Source of the DNA: Octopus bimaculoides
Taxonomy: Eukaryota
Direction of reading: 5' to 3'
Length of the DNA: 64,000 bases
NCBI RefSeq assembly: GCF_001194135.2
Contig: NC_068981.1
Span: forward strand, 163,273,844 to 163,337,843
Shown here: in pieces, positions 25,511 through 40,624 of the stretch
How positions within the stretch are numbered: the stretch's first letter is position 1
Layout of the letters: each line of letters starts with the position of its first letter
Notes under the pieces: generated by a model
The model's database searches: none
What the model was told of the DNA's origin: nothing
Seen by the model: the letters and a program-made list of their open reading frames with translations, nothing else
Translations under genes and position numbers: made by a program

Positions 25511-28500
25511 TGTATGTATATGTGTGTGTGTGTGTGCTTGTCTCCTTGCCTTCACATCACATGAATGTTGTAAATGAATGTCACCGTTAAGCAAACAGTG
25601 TCCGGGCTGTCATTGCAAATCTTTCATGGAAACATTGTGGTTACAGGGAAATATTATCTTACTTGGAAACAAGTGAGGGTTTGTGACAAGAGGGATCTGG
25701 CAACATAAAATCTGCCTCAACAAATTCCATGTGACCCATGCAAATATGACGAAATGACGTTAAATGATGGTGATCCTTATCATCATTACAGCATTTTCCA
25801 TCAGTTCTTCCATACTGGCATAAACTGGATATTATCCACACACATACACACACACATTACAAAACTAAACAGCTGATTACCAAACATGTCTCTCTCTTAA
25901 GAGTTGTTGATTGAGAACTACATTATGTTTCAGAGTTTAAATAACATTCAAACTAGTAGAGACAGGAGCTGTAACTATATACACTAAACACTCACTATTC
26001 ATGGTACAATAGTACATTTTTTCAGTTTTTGTTTTTATTTTTCAAAATATCGAAAAGTATTAAAAACTAATGGAGTTGAATAATAAAGATATCGAATTCC
26101 AATTTGATAAAAAGAAATTTCACTTTTTTTTTTCCATTTTTGTAATTGTTTTTTTACTTAACTGTTTTTTTTTTTTTTCTATTTTAATTTTCCTTGTTGC
26201 AATCACAATTAATATAAAAGAACCTTTGACTAATGCTTTCATTAGTAAATGCATTTTTAGTTTTTAAGAAAAGGAATGAAGTTTTATCAAATTGGCGAAA
26301 ACAAAGATAAAGAGAATCATTTAAAAAAAACAAAAAAAAAACAAGGCAAACATACAAATCCACAAATCTCTCCCACCAAGTCCCACTCCACTTCTCATTC
26401 GAGCTAATTAGATATCGTTATCACTGAAAAATGGAATGCACCGCTATAATCGGAGATTTAAAGTTTGTGAAGTGGGGGAAGGAATGAGAAAGTGGGAGAA
26501 GGTAGAAATATACCTGAATGGCATTAACTGATAAAGTATTAGTTCATCGAAATATGTTTGCCCTGCTTGAAAAATAAAAATGAGAATATGAGAGATAGAG
26601 AGAGGGTGGGGGTATGGTGGAAGGGAAAAATTTACATGAATAAAATTTACAGACTAATTCTGAAAACTGCTGCTTGCCAAGAGTTTGAGGAGTAAACCTT
26701 CAAGAGATAAAAGCAAACAGAGTCAAAAAAGCTACTTGTGACTGAGTAAACTATAAAGCTAAAACTTTCACCAAGATTTTGATCAATATTTTATTTAAAC
26801 AGAACATTTCTTTTTTTCTTTGTTTTCTTTTTAAAAGAAACACAGTAAAAAGGGTTGTTAAAAAAATTGCAATGATGACGATGAGGATGGAGGAGGAGGA
26901 GGAGGATAATAATGTGTTAACTGTACAGCACTATAAAAGTATTGAAAAATGGAAAAATCTTTTGATTGATACGATTAGCACAGCTATGTTAAAACGAAGT
27001 TAAAACATAGAAAATAAACTTTATATGTTAACAAATAAATTAAATGTTGTTTACGGTTTTTTATTCTCATTTTTTTTTTCCTTAAATATTTTCTTTACAT
27101 TTATTGCATTTTTATTTTACTATAAAGGTTTGCATCATTGAAGGATTTTAAATCTACTTTAGCAGACAAAACTGTCAACAGAAGATTATCTTGCAAAACA
27201 GAAAACAGATTTGGTGTGTTTTTGTTTACTTTTTTTAAATATTATTTCTTTTATATATCTTTTCTTTCTTTTTCTGTAGATGGTAAGAATTCCATGCATC
27301 ACTATAAGGTTTTAAAATTCTTTCTTTGAAAGTTATATATTGTATGAAATGCAATTGTTAAACATTTATTGTTTTTATATATTTTCATCCTATTTCTCTT
27401 ACCTGCTTGTTGTAAATTACAGAAAATTAAGTTGAAATCTTTGAAGTAGTACAACTAACTTTAAAAAAAAAATCATGCATGCACTTATGCTACATCTAAT
27501 GAGTTTCTATCTAAACTTTTGAATTCAACAAAATCCTTAAAGCAAACAAGTAAAGCATCATTAATTTTATGCTTTCTTTGTTGAAATTCTAAATTAGTAA
27601 TTAACAAATTGTTATTGTAGTGTTGGTAGGAGGGAAGGGTTGAATTAAATAGAAAAATTATATAAATTAGAAACTGGTCTGGCTTTTAACTGATCACCCA
27701 TCCAAACTATCAACTTTTATTCATTTAAAACAGCATTCCAGTTTGATAAACAGAACCACTTGTTTGCTGAATTATGGTGAAGATGGTTACATACCCTGAA
27801 GACACTAGTACATTTAAAAATGCAATGCTAAAGCAAAATCAAAGCTGGTGACCCTTTGCCTAAATAAATACCAGAATGCATTGGATGGACTTCAACATAG
27901 GCTCTGTCTGATCACATTCACAAAGTTTGGCTTAATTCAAAGGCTATATCAGTCATGAGCAAACTGTGGCCATGGATCTTTCTGAATGGCACACCTAACA
28001 AAAAATTGCCATCTTTTTTAGTAGTGCAGACCACCAGATGATGAGCCATGTCTCATGCAACCTGCTTCTCAACAATGCTTGCCCATGGATAAGCAATAAA
28101 CTCAGGACCTCAAATGTGAAAGACTAATTTCTTTACCATCATTCTGCTATGTCTGTGCCATAACACAAACAGCAGACCACTACACAATAACACATAAGCC
28201 CTTTTATAACTCTTTATAGGTTTTGAATTCAAATAGCACCAGGGATGGACTCCACCTGTTCATTCTACCAAAGTCAATAGAATTATGTACCCATCAAGTT
28301 CTAGTATTGATTAAATTGATTACACACTTCTCTGACTTGGTTTGTTTTACAGCCTTGTGGCAATGCTAGAATTCATTAGTCTGTCTGTGGCTAATTGGCT
28401 GATTTATAGATATGTCTCAATGCTAGGAGTCATTACAATTCATTATTATAATTATTATCATTATAAACAGCACCATTAACAACATTATCATAGTTGTTTT

Positions 28501-28611
28501 TTTTTAATTAAACTTGGTGGATAGTGGGAACAGAAGAATGCCAAAACAATATGTGCTAGTTAATTAAGTCCCTGGGTATTCTGGGTCGAAACCATTTGGG
28601 AAATTGTGTAC

Positions 28612-28800
28612 TCTTTTACTTGTTTCAGTTGTGTGACTGCGGCCATGCTGGAGCACCGCCTTTAGTCGAGCAAATCGACCCCAGGACTTATTCTTTGAAT
28701 GCCTAGTACTTATTCTATCAGCCTCTTTTGCTGAACTGCTAAGTTACAGGGACGTAAACACACCACCATCGGTTGTTAAGCGATGTTGGGGGACAAACAC

Positions 28801-28850
<50 letters not shown>
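28612..28850 (-). mobile_element. Type A SINE 3' half running into (TA)n and gap 28852-29059
   Basis: gactgcggccatgctggagcaccgcctttagtcgagcaaatcgaccccagg, CpG-intact. Confidence 0.85.
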
Positions 28851-28851
<1 letters not shown>

Positions 28852-29059
28852 NNNNNNNNNNNNNNNNNNNNNNNNNNNNNNNNNNNNNNNNNNNNNNNNN
28901 NNNNNNNNNNNNNNNNNNNNNNNNNNNNNNNNNNNNNNNNNNNNNNNNNNNNNNNNNNNNNNNNNNNNNNNNNNNNNNNNNNNNNNNNNNNNNNNNNNNN
29001 NNNNNNNNNNNNNNNNNNNNNNNNNNNNNNNNNNNNNNNNNNNNNNNNNNNNNNNNNNN

Positions 29060-29220
<161 letters not shown>

Positions 29221-29479
29221 ACAACATCATAATTATAGCAGAGTTAGCTCTGTCCTTTCATATTTTGTTTTAGCAATCCAGAATTTAAATCTTTCATTTC
29301 TGCTTCTTAAATAGCAATCATCACCATCATCACTGCTAAACCGTTGACAATTGGACCCCAGAATTTATTTGTCACGTACTTCATTTCTGGCATTATTACC
29401 TTTCCATTCTTCTCTAGCCTATTTTCATCAAAAACAGGACATGTTGGATAAAAAATATAAAGCAATGAGAGGTATTAAT

Positions 29480-29678
29480 TACTAACAGTGAACCAAATGA
29501 CTGATTCACATTGTTTTGAATTAATCATGGATTATCTTGTAGCTCTCAGATTTTGATGTGATTGTTTATTTGTAGAACATTGTAAGGTTGGTGTAAAAGG
29601 CTGGATGCGGCCAGTTTAAATGTAAGACAGGTAGAATATTTGGGCTGGATAAGGCCAGTTTAAATGCGAAAGGGTTAA
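29480..29678. mobile_element. piggyBac-like MITE copy with left end decayed
   Basis: Ends aaagggttaa. Carries a subterminal direct repeat ggctggat..ggccagtttaaatg, twice. Confidence 0.55.
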
Positions 29679-29944
29679 TTACTGACATCTGTAATTTTCC
29701 AGATTTGGATTTAAATATAGCTGAAATAAATTTTAATCTGTATTATAAAGGTTCATTATCATTTAACATCCACTTTCCATGCTAGCATGGGTTGGAATGT
29801 ATTGAAAGGATCTAGCAAACCGCAGGACTGCGCTGAGCACCAGTGTTAACTTTGGCATGGTTTCTATGGTTGATGCCCTTCCAAACACCAACAATTTGCA
29901 ATTCTTTTTGTTTTTATGCTACTGGCACAAATGAAGCTGCTAAT

Positions 29945-29988
<44 letters not shown>

Positions 29989-29998
29989 NNNNNNNNNN

Positions 29999-30037
<39 letters not shown>

Positions 30038-30638
30038 AGAGAGAGAGCAAAAAAAAAGGAAAAAAGTTCTATATGAACAAATTGCTAATTTTGTTGATAA
30101 TTTTCAAATGTCTTTGGGAAACACTGGGACATCATGCAATCTCAGTTCTTGTAGATGAAACTGGATGTTACTAATATCTACCCTAAAAAATATTTTATTA
30201 TCACGTTCTTGTTCTCATTATTGTTATCAATAGTACATGCTAAAAATGTGTTGTTGACAGCAAAACATTTTAAGAGTTCTTCCATTTATAATGGTTTCTG
30301 CTTGGATTTTACATTTTAAAGATGTAAAAAACGAAAAGAAATTTTGCTTTATAGTAGAAAACCAGATTAAGCATTAATCGCATGTTTCAATGGTTCATTA
30401 TTAGTAAAGACCATTAAGCAGATCTTTGTAGATTGTCGAAGAGAATTCTTCTTATTCCATTGCATTATAAGTTAATGTAAAAAAAAAAATGGCTCACATA
30501 AGAAGATTTGGTTAGTAAGTTTTGCTTAGTAAGAAGAAATGGATCTAATATAAAACCTTTTAATCAGACAAGAGTCCATTTATCTTACATGTTCTTTCTT
30601 TTTGTAATCAATAATAGCCATCCATTTTTTTTTTTTAC

Positions 30639-30708
<70 letters not shown>

Positions 30709-30912
30709 ACAGATAGATGCACACATACATATCATCTCATCATTTAACATCCACCCATGCTGTCAAGGGTGGGCTGGTTTAACAAGAGCTGGTGAGCTGG
30801 AGGACCATACCAAGCGCTACTGTCTGCTTGAGCATAATTTCTTTGGCTGGATGTCCCTTCTAATGCCAGCTACTTTACGGATTGTACTGGAGGCCTTTTA
30901 CTTGGCATGGAC

Positions 30913-30949
<37 letters not shown>

Positions 30950-33294
30950 AGACTGTGTGGCGAAGAGAGAAACTGTGCATTAGTCTGTTTGATGATTGGA
31001 CTAAATCTGCCATCTACTTGAAAACCCACCACCAGGTATTTGGGTGCTATTAGTGAAGTCCCATTTTGCCATGAGCATTTCAGACCATGGGGTCTTTGGT
31101 TGGAGAAACAGAAAATAACTAATACATGCACACTGTAAGGTAGGTAAGAGTGTTTTCCAGTGTTAGCCAGGCATAGTGAGACAAAATGAAGTATAATAAG
31201 ACAGTCACTTGTATATATACAGCAGTGAGATTTATACAATGAAAGTAGAATTGTGGGCCTAAACAAGCAGAGGTAGTAACAGCAGTATTTGAACTCCTGA
31301 CTGCATGTTCAATGATCCAGTATCCTAAACTGCAGAGCAATTGTACCTCAAATTCATATGGGACAAATAAAATGAAAAAGGAAATAAATCAATAAATAAG
31401 ATGTCAAAGACATGTGACTATTTGTTGCTCTGCCAGAGGAGGGGAATGAGATAGAGATAAAGACAGCAGACAACAAGTAGCAAATGCCAATAACAAGTCA
31501 ACTGAGAGAAAGAGAGAGAGGGGGGTGATACAGAGGGAGAGAGGAGGGGTGAGATAGAGAGACAACATTACACAGAAACACACTTGAAAAAGATGCATGT
31601 TGACATGTCTGACCTATGCAAAAATGGTAATATTGATACTAAATGATGTTTTGCTGTGTGTTTCACCAAATATTACATTAAGACAACATTGAAATTGAAC
31701 TGGAAATTATTCAAATAGTCAAAAGAAGAAGATAAAACAAGCAAAAATCACACAAGAAAAATGATAAGCAGTAAATAAAAATCAAAGCAATTTTATCATT
31801 ACTAATTCTAACAAAACAGCAAAAAAAAAAAACTAAAGAGACAGAGAGTGAGAAAGAGAGATTCAGAGAGAGAGAGAGAGAGAGAGAGATAGCAAGAAAC
31901 AGCTATTTTCTATTCAAAAGATACCAACTGAACAAACAATCAATATATATAATAGATGCTAAGAGAAGAATGTTTTTGCTAAATTACATTTATTACCATC
32001 TCATTTCTGTCAATGAACATGATTAGGGGGAAAAGAGAGGGGAAAAAACAAATGACAGAACATTTCTAAGATTTCCGCAGCAAGGAAAATAGTAAATTGG
32101 ATTTTATTTTTATATTAAAAAATTACATGTGTGTGTGTATATAAAAGGGTGGTGGGGTGTTGAAGGAGAACTTAGAAATCTATTTCACCCAGACTAAACT
32201 TGACCAGCTATTTGGATTTCTGTGACACAGTGCCTGGTTTTATATACATATATCTTTGTCATCATCATAGTTTTAATGTCTACTTTTCTACGCTTGTATG
32301 GGTGGATGGAGTTTATTGAGATTGAGGCAGATTTCCTATGGCTGCACGCCCTTCCTGTCACCAAATTTCACCTGTTTCCAAACGTTTTTCACAGAATATT
32401 GGAAATATATGACAATGACGCTTATTTATGACTGTCACATGACGCCAAGACAAAGAGACACAAATGCATACACACATATATAAACATACACATACATGGC
32501 AGGCATCTTTTTGTTTTTATCTACCAAATCCATTGACAAGGTTTTAGTTGGCCTAGGGCTATAGTACAAGACAATTACACAAGGTAACAAACTGGGGACT
32601 GAACATGTGGTTGGGAAACAAAAAAGCACTATGTGTTACACACACATATATGTCTGTGTGTCCATATGTTAATACACCATGTCATCAATATGTACCACTT
32701 AAATGAAAGACAATGACATGGTTTTCTTACTCCAGTGAACAAATGCTCAAGGTTCAGCAGATGATTGGGGATAGTTGGAATAAAAAAATTTTAAAAAACC
32801 ATCTTGCTTGTAAAAGAAGGACCAGTGATGGAAAAAGCATACAGCCCTACCTGTCTCAATAAAATTTCATCTAATCCATGTCAGAATGGACAAATGTAAA
32901 GATGACGATTACAATTGTATTTATCTTGGATTTTAGAATAGATACATCATATGACATCAAAGGGTTGATGCCAAGATGGGTATGTGGTCATAAAAATTTC
33001 TTTAAAAACACCTTTTTAATGTATGACATACCATTGATATGATGAGGATGATTCAGGTCACTTATCATAACTGAGTGCATTTTACTATGCCAGCACCATA
33101 GGCAGTCTGTATCATACACTAAGCCTAGTGATTATCCCCGGTCTTGTATCGGTTCTCATTTCAAGGTGTTGCCCTATTAGTAGGGTAACCAGGAGACGTT
33201 GCTTTACAAAGCCCATGTCTCAATCATACATTTTGAGAGGGTTCTCTACAGAAAGATGCTATGTCAGCTTACTTCTGTCTTGCTTTCTTTCTGT

Positions 33295-33717
33295 CTCTGC
33301 TGTGTGGTTAAGAGGCATGCTTTGTAATCACATGGCTTCAGGTTCAGTCCCACTATGTGGTACGTTGGGCAGGTTTTTTTGTTTTTTTTATGATTGGCCC
33401 AGGCCAACCTTGTGCATGAATTTGGCAGGCAGAAACTACATGGAAGCCTGTTGTATATTTTTGTGTGTGAGCGTGTTTATGTGGGTGAATGCATGCTTGA
33501 GTATTTTCATATTTGTGGCTCCACACCATTTGAAAAGTGTTGTTTATGTTACCATAACTTAGCAGTTCAGCAAAAAGGACCAATATAATAAGTACTAGAC
33601 TTTAAAATACTGAGAGTAAAAAAAAAAACATAAACTACTGATTTGTTCAACTAAACATTTCAAGGTGGTGCCACAGCATGGCCACAGTCCAACGACTAAA
33701 ACAAGCAGAGGATGAAA
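33295..33717 (+). mobile_element. Type A SINE, full length
   Basis: Head gctgtgtggttaagaggc...caggttcagtcccact. Tail ttcaaggtggtgccacagcatggccacagtc. Confidence 0.75.
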
Positions 33718-34379
33718 GACATATTCTCAGCTATGGTTGTTTCATTTTTGAAAAATGTGGAGGGATTGGGGAGGGAGACACACAAGCTCATTTAGATTTC
33801 AATTTCTGCAAACTGGAATAAGCATTAAATCGGAGTTAATTGACAAACAACTACACGCATTACACTTTTTCACTTTATCATCAATTAAAACAACCAACTG
33901 ACTGGCTGGTAGGAACGTTAATGGACAAGATAGGTAAGTAAGTGATGACAATCAATATTTGCAGTATTAAGTCGCCTGGAACAAATCAAACATATACATA
34001 ATGCCATAACAGTCAGTGAAATTTGAACAGAATTTCAATAAGATGCAAAAGAGACCATAGAGAACAATAGATTTGTGTGTGAACTATCCAATAAGTTTGA
34101 TAAATAAGTTGCCTGAAATATCTAATTGATAGTTAGAGAACAAGGATATTAAATGGAGAGATGATAAATTATCATTAAATAAACCTACAATCTCTGTGTA
34201 GTGACTAGAACTGCAAGAAATAGCAGCTATGTTATCTGCACCTTAACATATATGATACTGTGGTCTTGTTAAATTATCTGTGTTGGGGTGGAGCAAGTTG
34301 GTTTTGACTGGTTCACCTTGTATTAAAGATATTCCTAATCAAGGTTGACTCAATCAGTGCTAAACAATAAACATACATG

Positions 34380-34696
34380 TAACCGCCTGACTGGCCTTCG
34401 TAGGATTTTCGAGCGAGATCGTTGCCAGTGCCCCTGGACTGGCTCTTGTGCGAGTGGCACATAAAATACACCATTTTGAGCATGGCCGTTGCCAGTACCG
34501 CCTGACTGGCCTTCGTGCCAGTGGCATGTAAAAGCACCCACTACACTCTCTGAGTGGTTGGCGTTAGGAAGGGCATCCAGCTGTAGAAACTCTGCCAAAT
34601 CAGATGGGAGCCTGGTGTAGCCATCTGGTTCACCAGTCCTCAGTCAAATCGTCCAACCCATGCTAGCATGGAAAGCAGACGTTAAATGATGATGAT
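34380..34696 (+). mobile_element. RTE-type tail with internal ~55-bp subrepeats, young copy
   Basis: ccgcctgactggccttcgt occurs twice and cgttgccagt twice. The 3' end is near-identical to 60-230. Confidence 0.8.
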
Positions 34697-35213
34697 GTAA
34701 ATCGCAGTCCAATGAAAGATCCTTTATATGATTACTTGAGCTGCTAAAAATAAACTGCAAAAATCCATCCCGTTATTTCAAAGAAAAAAAAAAAACAGTG
34801 GGGAACACATTGGCGGATAATGTCTACAGCATTTAAAAAGAAATAATTGTAGATGGAATACCTTTAATCATAAGTGACAGTTCAAATTTAAGAGAAGTAG
34901 ATGATTTTAAACAAAAATACTAAAATATTTGTTGCTGTTTTGTTGTTTAGCTCCAGCTGTGCCCATTTTTTGTGTTAGGGTAGATGTAGACCACTACCTG
35001 GGTCTTTAATCTGCTAGAAATAGAAGCCAAATTTTCCTTCAAATTACACCCTACTGTCTATGTAAGGAAAACTGCTATGAGATTCATTGATATGCCATAT
35101 AAACAGCAGCCAAATATTCCTCAAATCACATCCTTATATCTTTATTGATTTGTATAGACAAAAGGAATTGCGATTTGAGGATAAATTTCAGTATTTGTAG
35201 TTGGTTAGGCAAC

Positions 35214-35362
<149 letters not shown>

Positions 35363-35996
35363 CGAGATGCTCTTATTGGACTTCCAAGTATTATTCTTAA
35401 CATGCAGAAAGGGAGTTGAACAAACCAAAAGCAAATAAAACAAAAAGATAAAAACAAACGAAAACAAACACAAATTTCATCAAAGAGTTCCTTGAACATA
35501 CAAAGCCACTGAAGTATTTACTCTGATTCTCTAATAACACTATGAATATTGTATTGCCTGCCAATTAACAATAGAAGCTGTGTTATATCCAAAGTTATTA
35601 AACAAATGTGGCACATTAATATTCAATAGTTTACTGAAAGCCATATTAAACAGCAATACTCTGTTAATTAGTAAGTGTTTATGTCTTCAAATATTATTAA
35701 CCTTTATGTACAACGCCATAAACACACGCTGACAGTTACTGCATTATGGCTGATGCATCATAAAAGCATATTATCCACAAAATGCTGCTGCACTCTAGCT
35801 GACAAACTAGACTTGTAATAATATTCCAACCATCTAACCATTTTATTACCATACATACAGTCTTGTTATTAGCCATGAAAAATTCTGAGAGTCAACTGCG
35901 TGTGTGTATGTATGTGTGTTTGTGTAGAAACTTCTTCCGTTATATGGGAAATTTTAAATAATATCAGTACAAACAGGCACATTTTCTCTCTCCCTA

Positions 35997-36038
<42 letters not shown>

Positions 36039-36379
36039 GTTTTTGCACTCACATATACATATGCTCTCACACACCAGATGACTTCACATATACATATGCA
36101 ATACACAAATCCAGAATATACTTTGTAAATAATTCAAGATCGAAAAGCATTTTTCTTATATGTATGTCTGTTTTATTGAATTAGAGAGAGAGAGAGAGAA
36201 CAAAATGCACAACTGCTCCAAGAGTTCCTTAGTTTAATATAGGTGGAAAATGCTGGAGCATAGAAGCTGTATAGTGATTAGAAAATGCAGCAAAAATGCC
36301 AATGAGTAGCACATAAAAACCAGGTGTTTCCAAAGTATTTTTAGTATCACAAAAAAAAAAGAACAAAACTATTGTTGCT

Positions 36380-36411
<32 letters not shown>

Positions 36412-38199
36412 TATAATGTAATAAAGTTAGTTACAAAATTAAATTTACTTTACAACTATAATTTTACCAGACTCATTTGCTACAATAAACAAATAACATT
36501 TGAAAAAGGTTTTTTTTTTTTTTAACGTTGTAACAATGAAAGCTTATATCTTTCTTGTCAACTTCAATAAAAGGCAACACCAAAATTAATCTATTTTACT
36601 TGTTAAACAAAACTTTTTTTTTTTTGAAAAGAAAAGCTTAAAGACTATGTTGTCATGCAATACAATTTTGGATAAAATAAAAAAAGGTGGTAGTTACAAG
36701 GAGGTAGGGGTGGGGGAATAAATAAACGGAATAGGGTAAAAGAAAAAAAATTTTCTAGCAGCTGTCTTATGAATAGACGTAGTAGAAACATTGTTAAGTG
36801 TTAAAGACGGAACCAGTTAACGTTTATTGAGAATGTAATTTGCTAACAATAATTAAAATCTAATAATAAAATTAATTAATCTTAGTTAAAACAAATGTGA
36901 AGGTCACTTAGAAAAGTTAATGCGAATTAGGAAGGAAAATCTATTTAGTTAATGAACTTATATACATAGATAAATTAGGAGATACTTTCCTCCTCACTAT
37001 AGTCCCCTAATGCATTAATATTAACATTATCAGTGGGTTTAAATCCCACATGCCTTGACTTTGCTCTTCATTCCTCCAAGGTTGATCAAATAAATATTTG
37101 CCAAATGGTGAATTTCTTTATCAGGAGTTTCCTTCCCAAAACGTGTAATCTGCTGAATTGAGAAACTAGAATGGTGAATAGTGTACCACAGACAATGATC
37201 AGGAGCAAGTGTACACTGTAACGTCTACAAGACTTCCAGGATGATGAGCAAGGATTCCAGAATGCTGTTTATTACTCATTTCTCCCAACAGCTTATCGCA
37301 ATTTCGCAATACTAGGTCAAACAAAGACCAAACTTCAGTGCCTGGCATCTAAAATGTGATCAAACACACACAGTTCTTTACTTGCTGAGCCAATGTAGCC
37401 AGCAATATATCACCCCTTGCATTCTGCAGAAGATTAATGGTTAGCAAAAGTAATGATATTCTAGTGGAGACTCTAGATATCAACAAAGATCTACACAACA
37501 GTCTATTCCAAAGAATTTAAAGCTTGGTTAACTATGGGAAACTTCTAGAAACCTCTATATAACAGTAATACTAAGTGGAGGGTTGCTTTGGTTTTCCAGG
37601 ATAAACTCTCCAGGTTCACACAAGTTCACAGCCAAACATGTTCAGTACTTTTTATACATAGTTATGCTGAGCAGGACAAATTCAGTTATCTACTGAGTCC
37701 ATTGTACAAATCAACTTGCCAACCTTCTTTGACCAGGATCGAAAAGATTGAGGACAGACACTTTCTTCTTTGGCTAAATTCACAACTTCAAGTTCCATAC
37801 GAAGACGAAGTGAAAAAAAGAGAAAAAAGTAATGCCTGCTACTAAATTTACTAAAAGATAAGCAAGAGTGGTGGGCATGACTCAAACTAGGGTTTCTCCT
37901 AGTATGCTGCTGTAGCCTAGTAAACACAGCTGGGAAAATGCACTTGCTCTGGCAGAGTAATCAGGATTTAACGAGGTTCCCTGACTACCTTCAGATTGTT
38001 GTCATCTAATTGTGACATTTTGCTTTATTATTCTGCTATTTTCATGCTCACTTTCTCAGGCTTGGTTCTATATAAATTCAAATCATATTTGTAATTTATC
38101 AATGTATAATAACCCTCACCAACTACTGTTATAGCTAATAACAAACATCATCATCATCACTATCGTTGTTGGTTGTTGTTATTGTTATTATTATTATTA

Positions 38200-38400
38200 A
38201 GGCAATGAACTGGCAGAATCACTAGGGTGTTGGAAAAAGTGTCTTTTAGTAGTATTTGTTCTGGCTTTTAAGTTCTGAGTTCAAATCTTACCTCAGTCAA
38301 CTTTGCCTTTCATACTTTCAGGGTCAATTAAAAAAAGGGGGTTGGAGATATTGACTAACAACCCTAACTGCAAAAATGCTGACCTTGTGCCTAAATCAGA
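38200..38400 (+). mobile_element. Type D SINE in sense orientation
   Basis: aaggcaatgaactggcagaatc...gttctgagttcaaatc...ctttgcctttcat, flanked by (ATT)n. Confidence 0.65.
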
Positions 38401-38410
38401 AACATTGTTG

Positions 38411-38448
<38 letters not shown>

Positions 38449-38865
38449 GTCGCCATTGTTAGCACTACTGTATCACTGAAAAGTGGTTCTTTGGATTCAC
38501 TGGCACCACATTCTTGGCAATAATGTGTGTTGATTTCCTTCCAAACATTCCATTAACCTCAATCACGCTTTTCTATTTGTTTGTTGTTGTTTGTTTGTTT
38601 GTGTATGTGTGTACATATATTAAATTATTTGCTGAGTACCAGGTCAACCAATGATTGGGCTGAGCCTATGATCAAAGGCATTCTAACAGAGAACATTCTA
38701 TGTTTTTAGGGATATACACTATATTACCCATTTTTTTAATTAAGACAGTAGGGTGATATGAGAGAGCCTTGGCAGTTATTCCAATCTGACCAAAAAAACT
38801 GTATACAAAGTTTGTAACAGACATTGTATGCACTTCTCAACACTAACATGTACTAGAGGGACTTA

Positions 38866-39290
38866 CTCTTTACTCTTTTACTTGTTTCAGTCTCTTGACT
38901 GCGGCCATGCTGGAGCACCGCCTTTAGTCGAGCAAATCGACGCCAGGACTTATTCTATCGGTCTCTTTTGCCGAACCGTTAAGTTACGGGGACGTAAACA
39001 CACCAACATCGGTTGTCAAGCGATGTTGGGGGGACAAACACAGACACANNNNNNNNNNNNNNNNNNNNNNNNNNNNNNNNNNNNNNNNNNNNNNNNNNNA
39101 TATATATATATATATATACATATATACGACGGGCTTCTTTCAGTTTCCATCTACCAAATCCACTTACAAGGCTTTGGTCGGCCTGAGGCTATAGTAGAAG
39201 ACACTTGCCCAAGGTGCCACGCAGTGGGACTGAACCCAGAACCATGTGGTTGGTAAGCAAGCTACTTACCACACAGCCACTCCTACGCCT
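38866..39290 (-). mobile_element. Best-preserved type A tRNA-head SINE, with gap 39049-39099 in its central spacer
   Basis: Minus-strand head aggcgtaggagtggctgtgtggtaagtagcttgc...ggttcagtcccactgcgtggcaccttgggcaagtgtc has A/B boxes followed by a CORE-like ccttgggcaagt motif (inference). Tail ends in aaagagt repeats. Confidence 0.85.
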
Positions 39291-39712
39291 ACTTGCGGAA
39301 TTCCATTTTATAAACTTATTTTCTGTTTTCAAGCTTAGATTTTCAGATCTTTATAATAATGTCTCTTTATGCTAAATATTTTGAATGAGTCTTCAATTTC
39401 ATTCTACAGTTAAGTTTGTATAGAGGAGAGGTCCCCCACACCAGTGCTTCAGCATTTATCAAACTAGTTACAAATCAAGGGGTTGTGAATTTATAATACC
39501 GGTGATGGTAGTATTTCCCTGGAAAGTTCTCTAACAAATTCTCACAGATGCCAAGGATCCTTTAAAACTAAACAATCATCCCTAATTACCTGCTGGGAGT
39601 AAGAAGAAACATGCAGAAATGGAATGATAGGTAAACATATTTGTTGATGAACTGATTGTTTTATATATCATATAATATTTCTGACTACATGTAAGTTTGT
39701 GTTGCTTCTTCT

Positions 39713-39946
39713 TTCAACCCTTTTCATACCAATCCGCCTGCAAGCACACTTGGTTCTAAGATAAAACGTGTTTGTGTTTTAAAGTGATCTAAATTAAAAA
39801 CCTTTCATCAATATTTCCTCTTAATTATTGTTTCAAACACCAGATTAATAACAGCAAAGCTATTTTATAAACTTTCTCCATTATTTTCAAAATTAATTGA
39901 AACAAATGCAGTGTATTTCAATAGAAAATACAAACAAAAGGGTTAA
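39713..39946. mobile_element. piggyBac-like MITE, second family
   Basis: Ends ttcaaccctttt ... aaaagggttaa. Confidence 0.55.
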
Positions 39947-40624
39947 GAGAGTAGGGTATGAGTGAAGAGCAATTTAGCAGCCATATAAACGATCCTGTTT
40001 TCACAAGTGATTTTAAAAGGCATACTTGCTACTAAATGCTATGAAAAAAATTAAATTAATTTTTTTTAAAAAAGTGTTGTAAGTAACAGCTTATGAGTTG
40101 TATCATATCAACTCAAGCAGACATAATTAATCAGGCTTTTTTATTATTTGCTTGCTTGGTGGGGTTTTTTTTTTTCCTCTTTTATTTATACACCATTAAG
40201 ATTAATCAATATAAATTTGATAAAGGGATTAATTAAAAACAAATATGAACAAGTGTATTCTTGGAGATTTCAAAAGAAATACATTGATTTTAGTTATAAA
40301 CAGATTAAAAGATAAACACCAGTTTACAAGTAACCTATTTCTTGAGCTTGTTTACACCCAAATCAATCCTGATCAAGCAGACTATGATCAAAGATGTTTC
40401 AGTTGTAACCATTCCATTTTATTTCCCCCCCAAACACAGCAGTCAGTATCCTTCCTTTTAATATAGTAGGATGTGATGAGGGAGACTTAGCTGCCATTTC
40501 TAGCAAGTAGTCAGATATAAGCTCCCTGTAGCTTGTTCATAGCAGTCGATGTTTTAGCACTGGTCAGCTCTGATCTATCAGATTTATGACCAAAAGTGCT
40601 TCATCTATGAACTTCTTTCCCCCC

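Noticed and set aside
27860-28000. Faint CR1/L2-like peptide (LDGLQHRL...), and similar at 59130-59260
   Set aside because: Only a few residues match; indistinguishable from chance without a profile search.
37682-37830. Minus-strand peptide MELEVVNLAKEESVCPQSFRSWSKKVGK, loosely like a Tc1/mariner C-terminus
   Set aside because: No upstream SPDLNP-type motif and no TIRs found. The similarity is too weak by eye.
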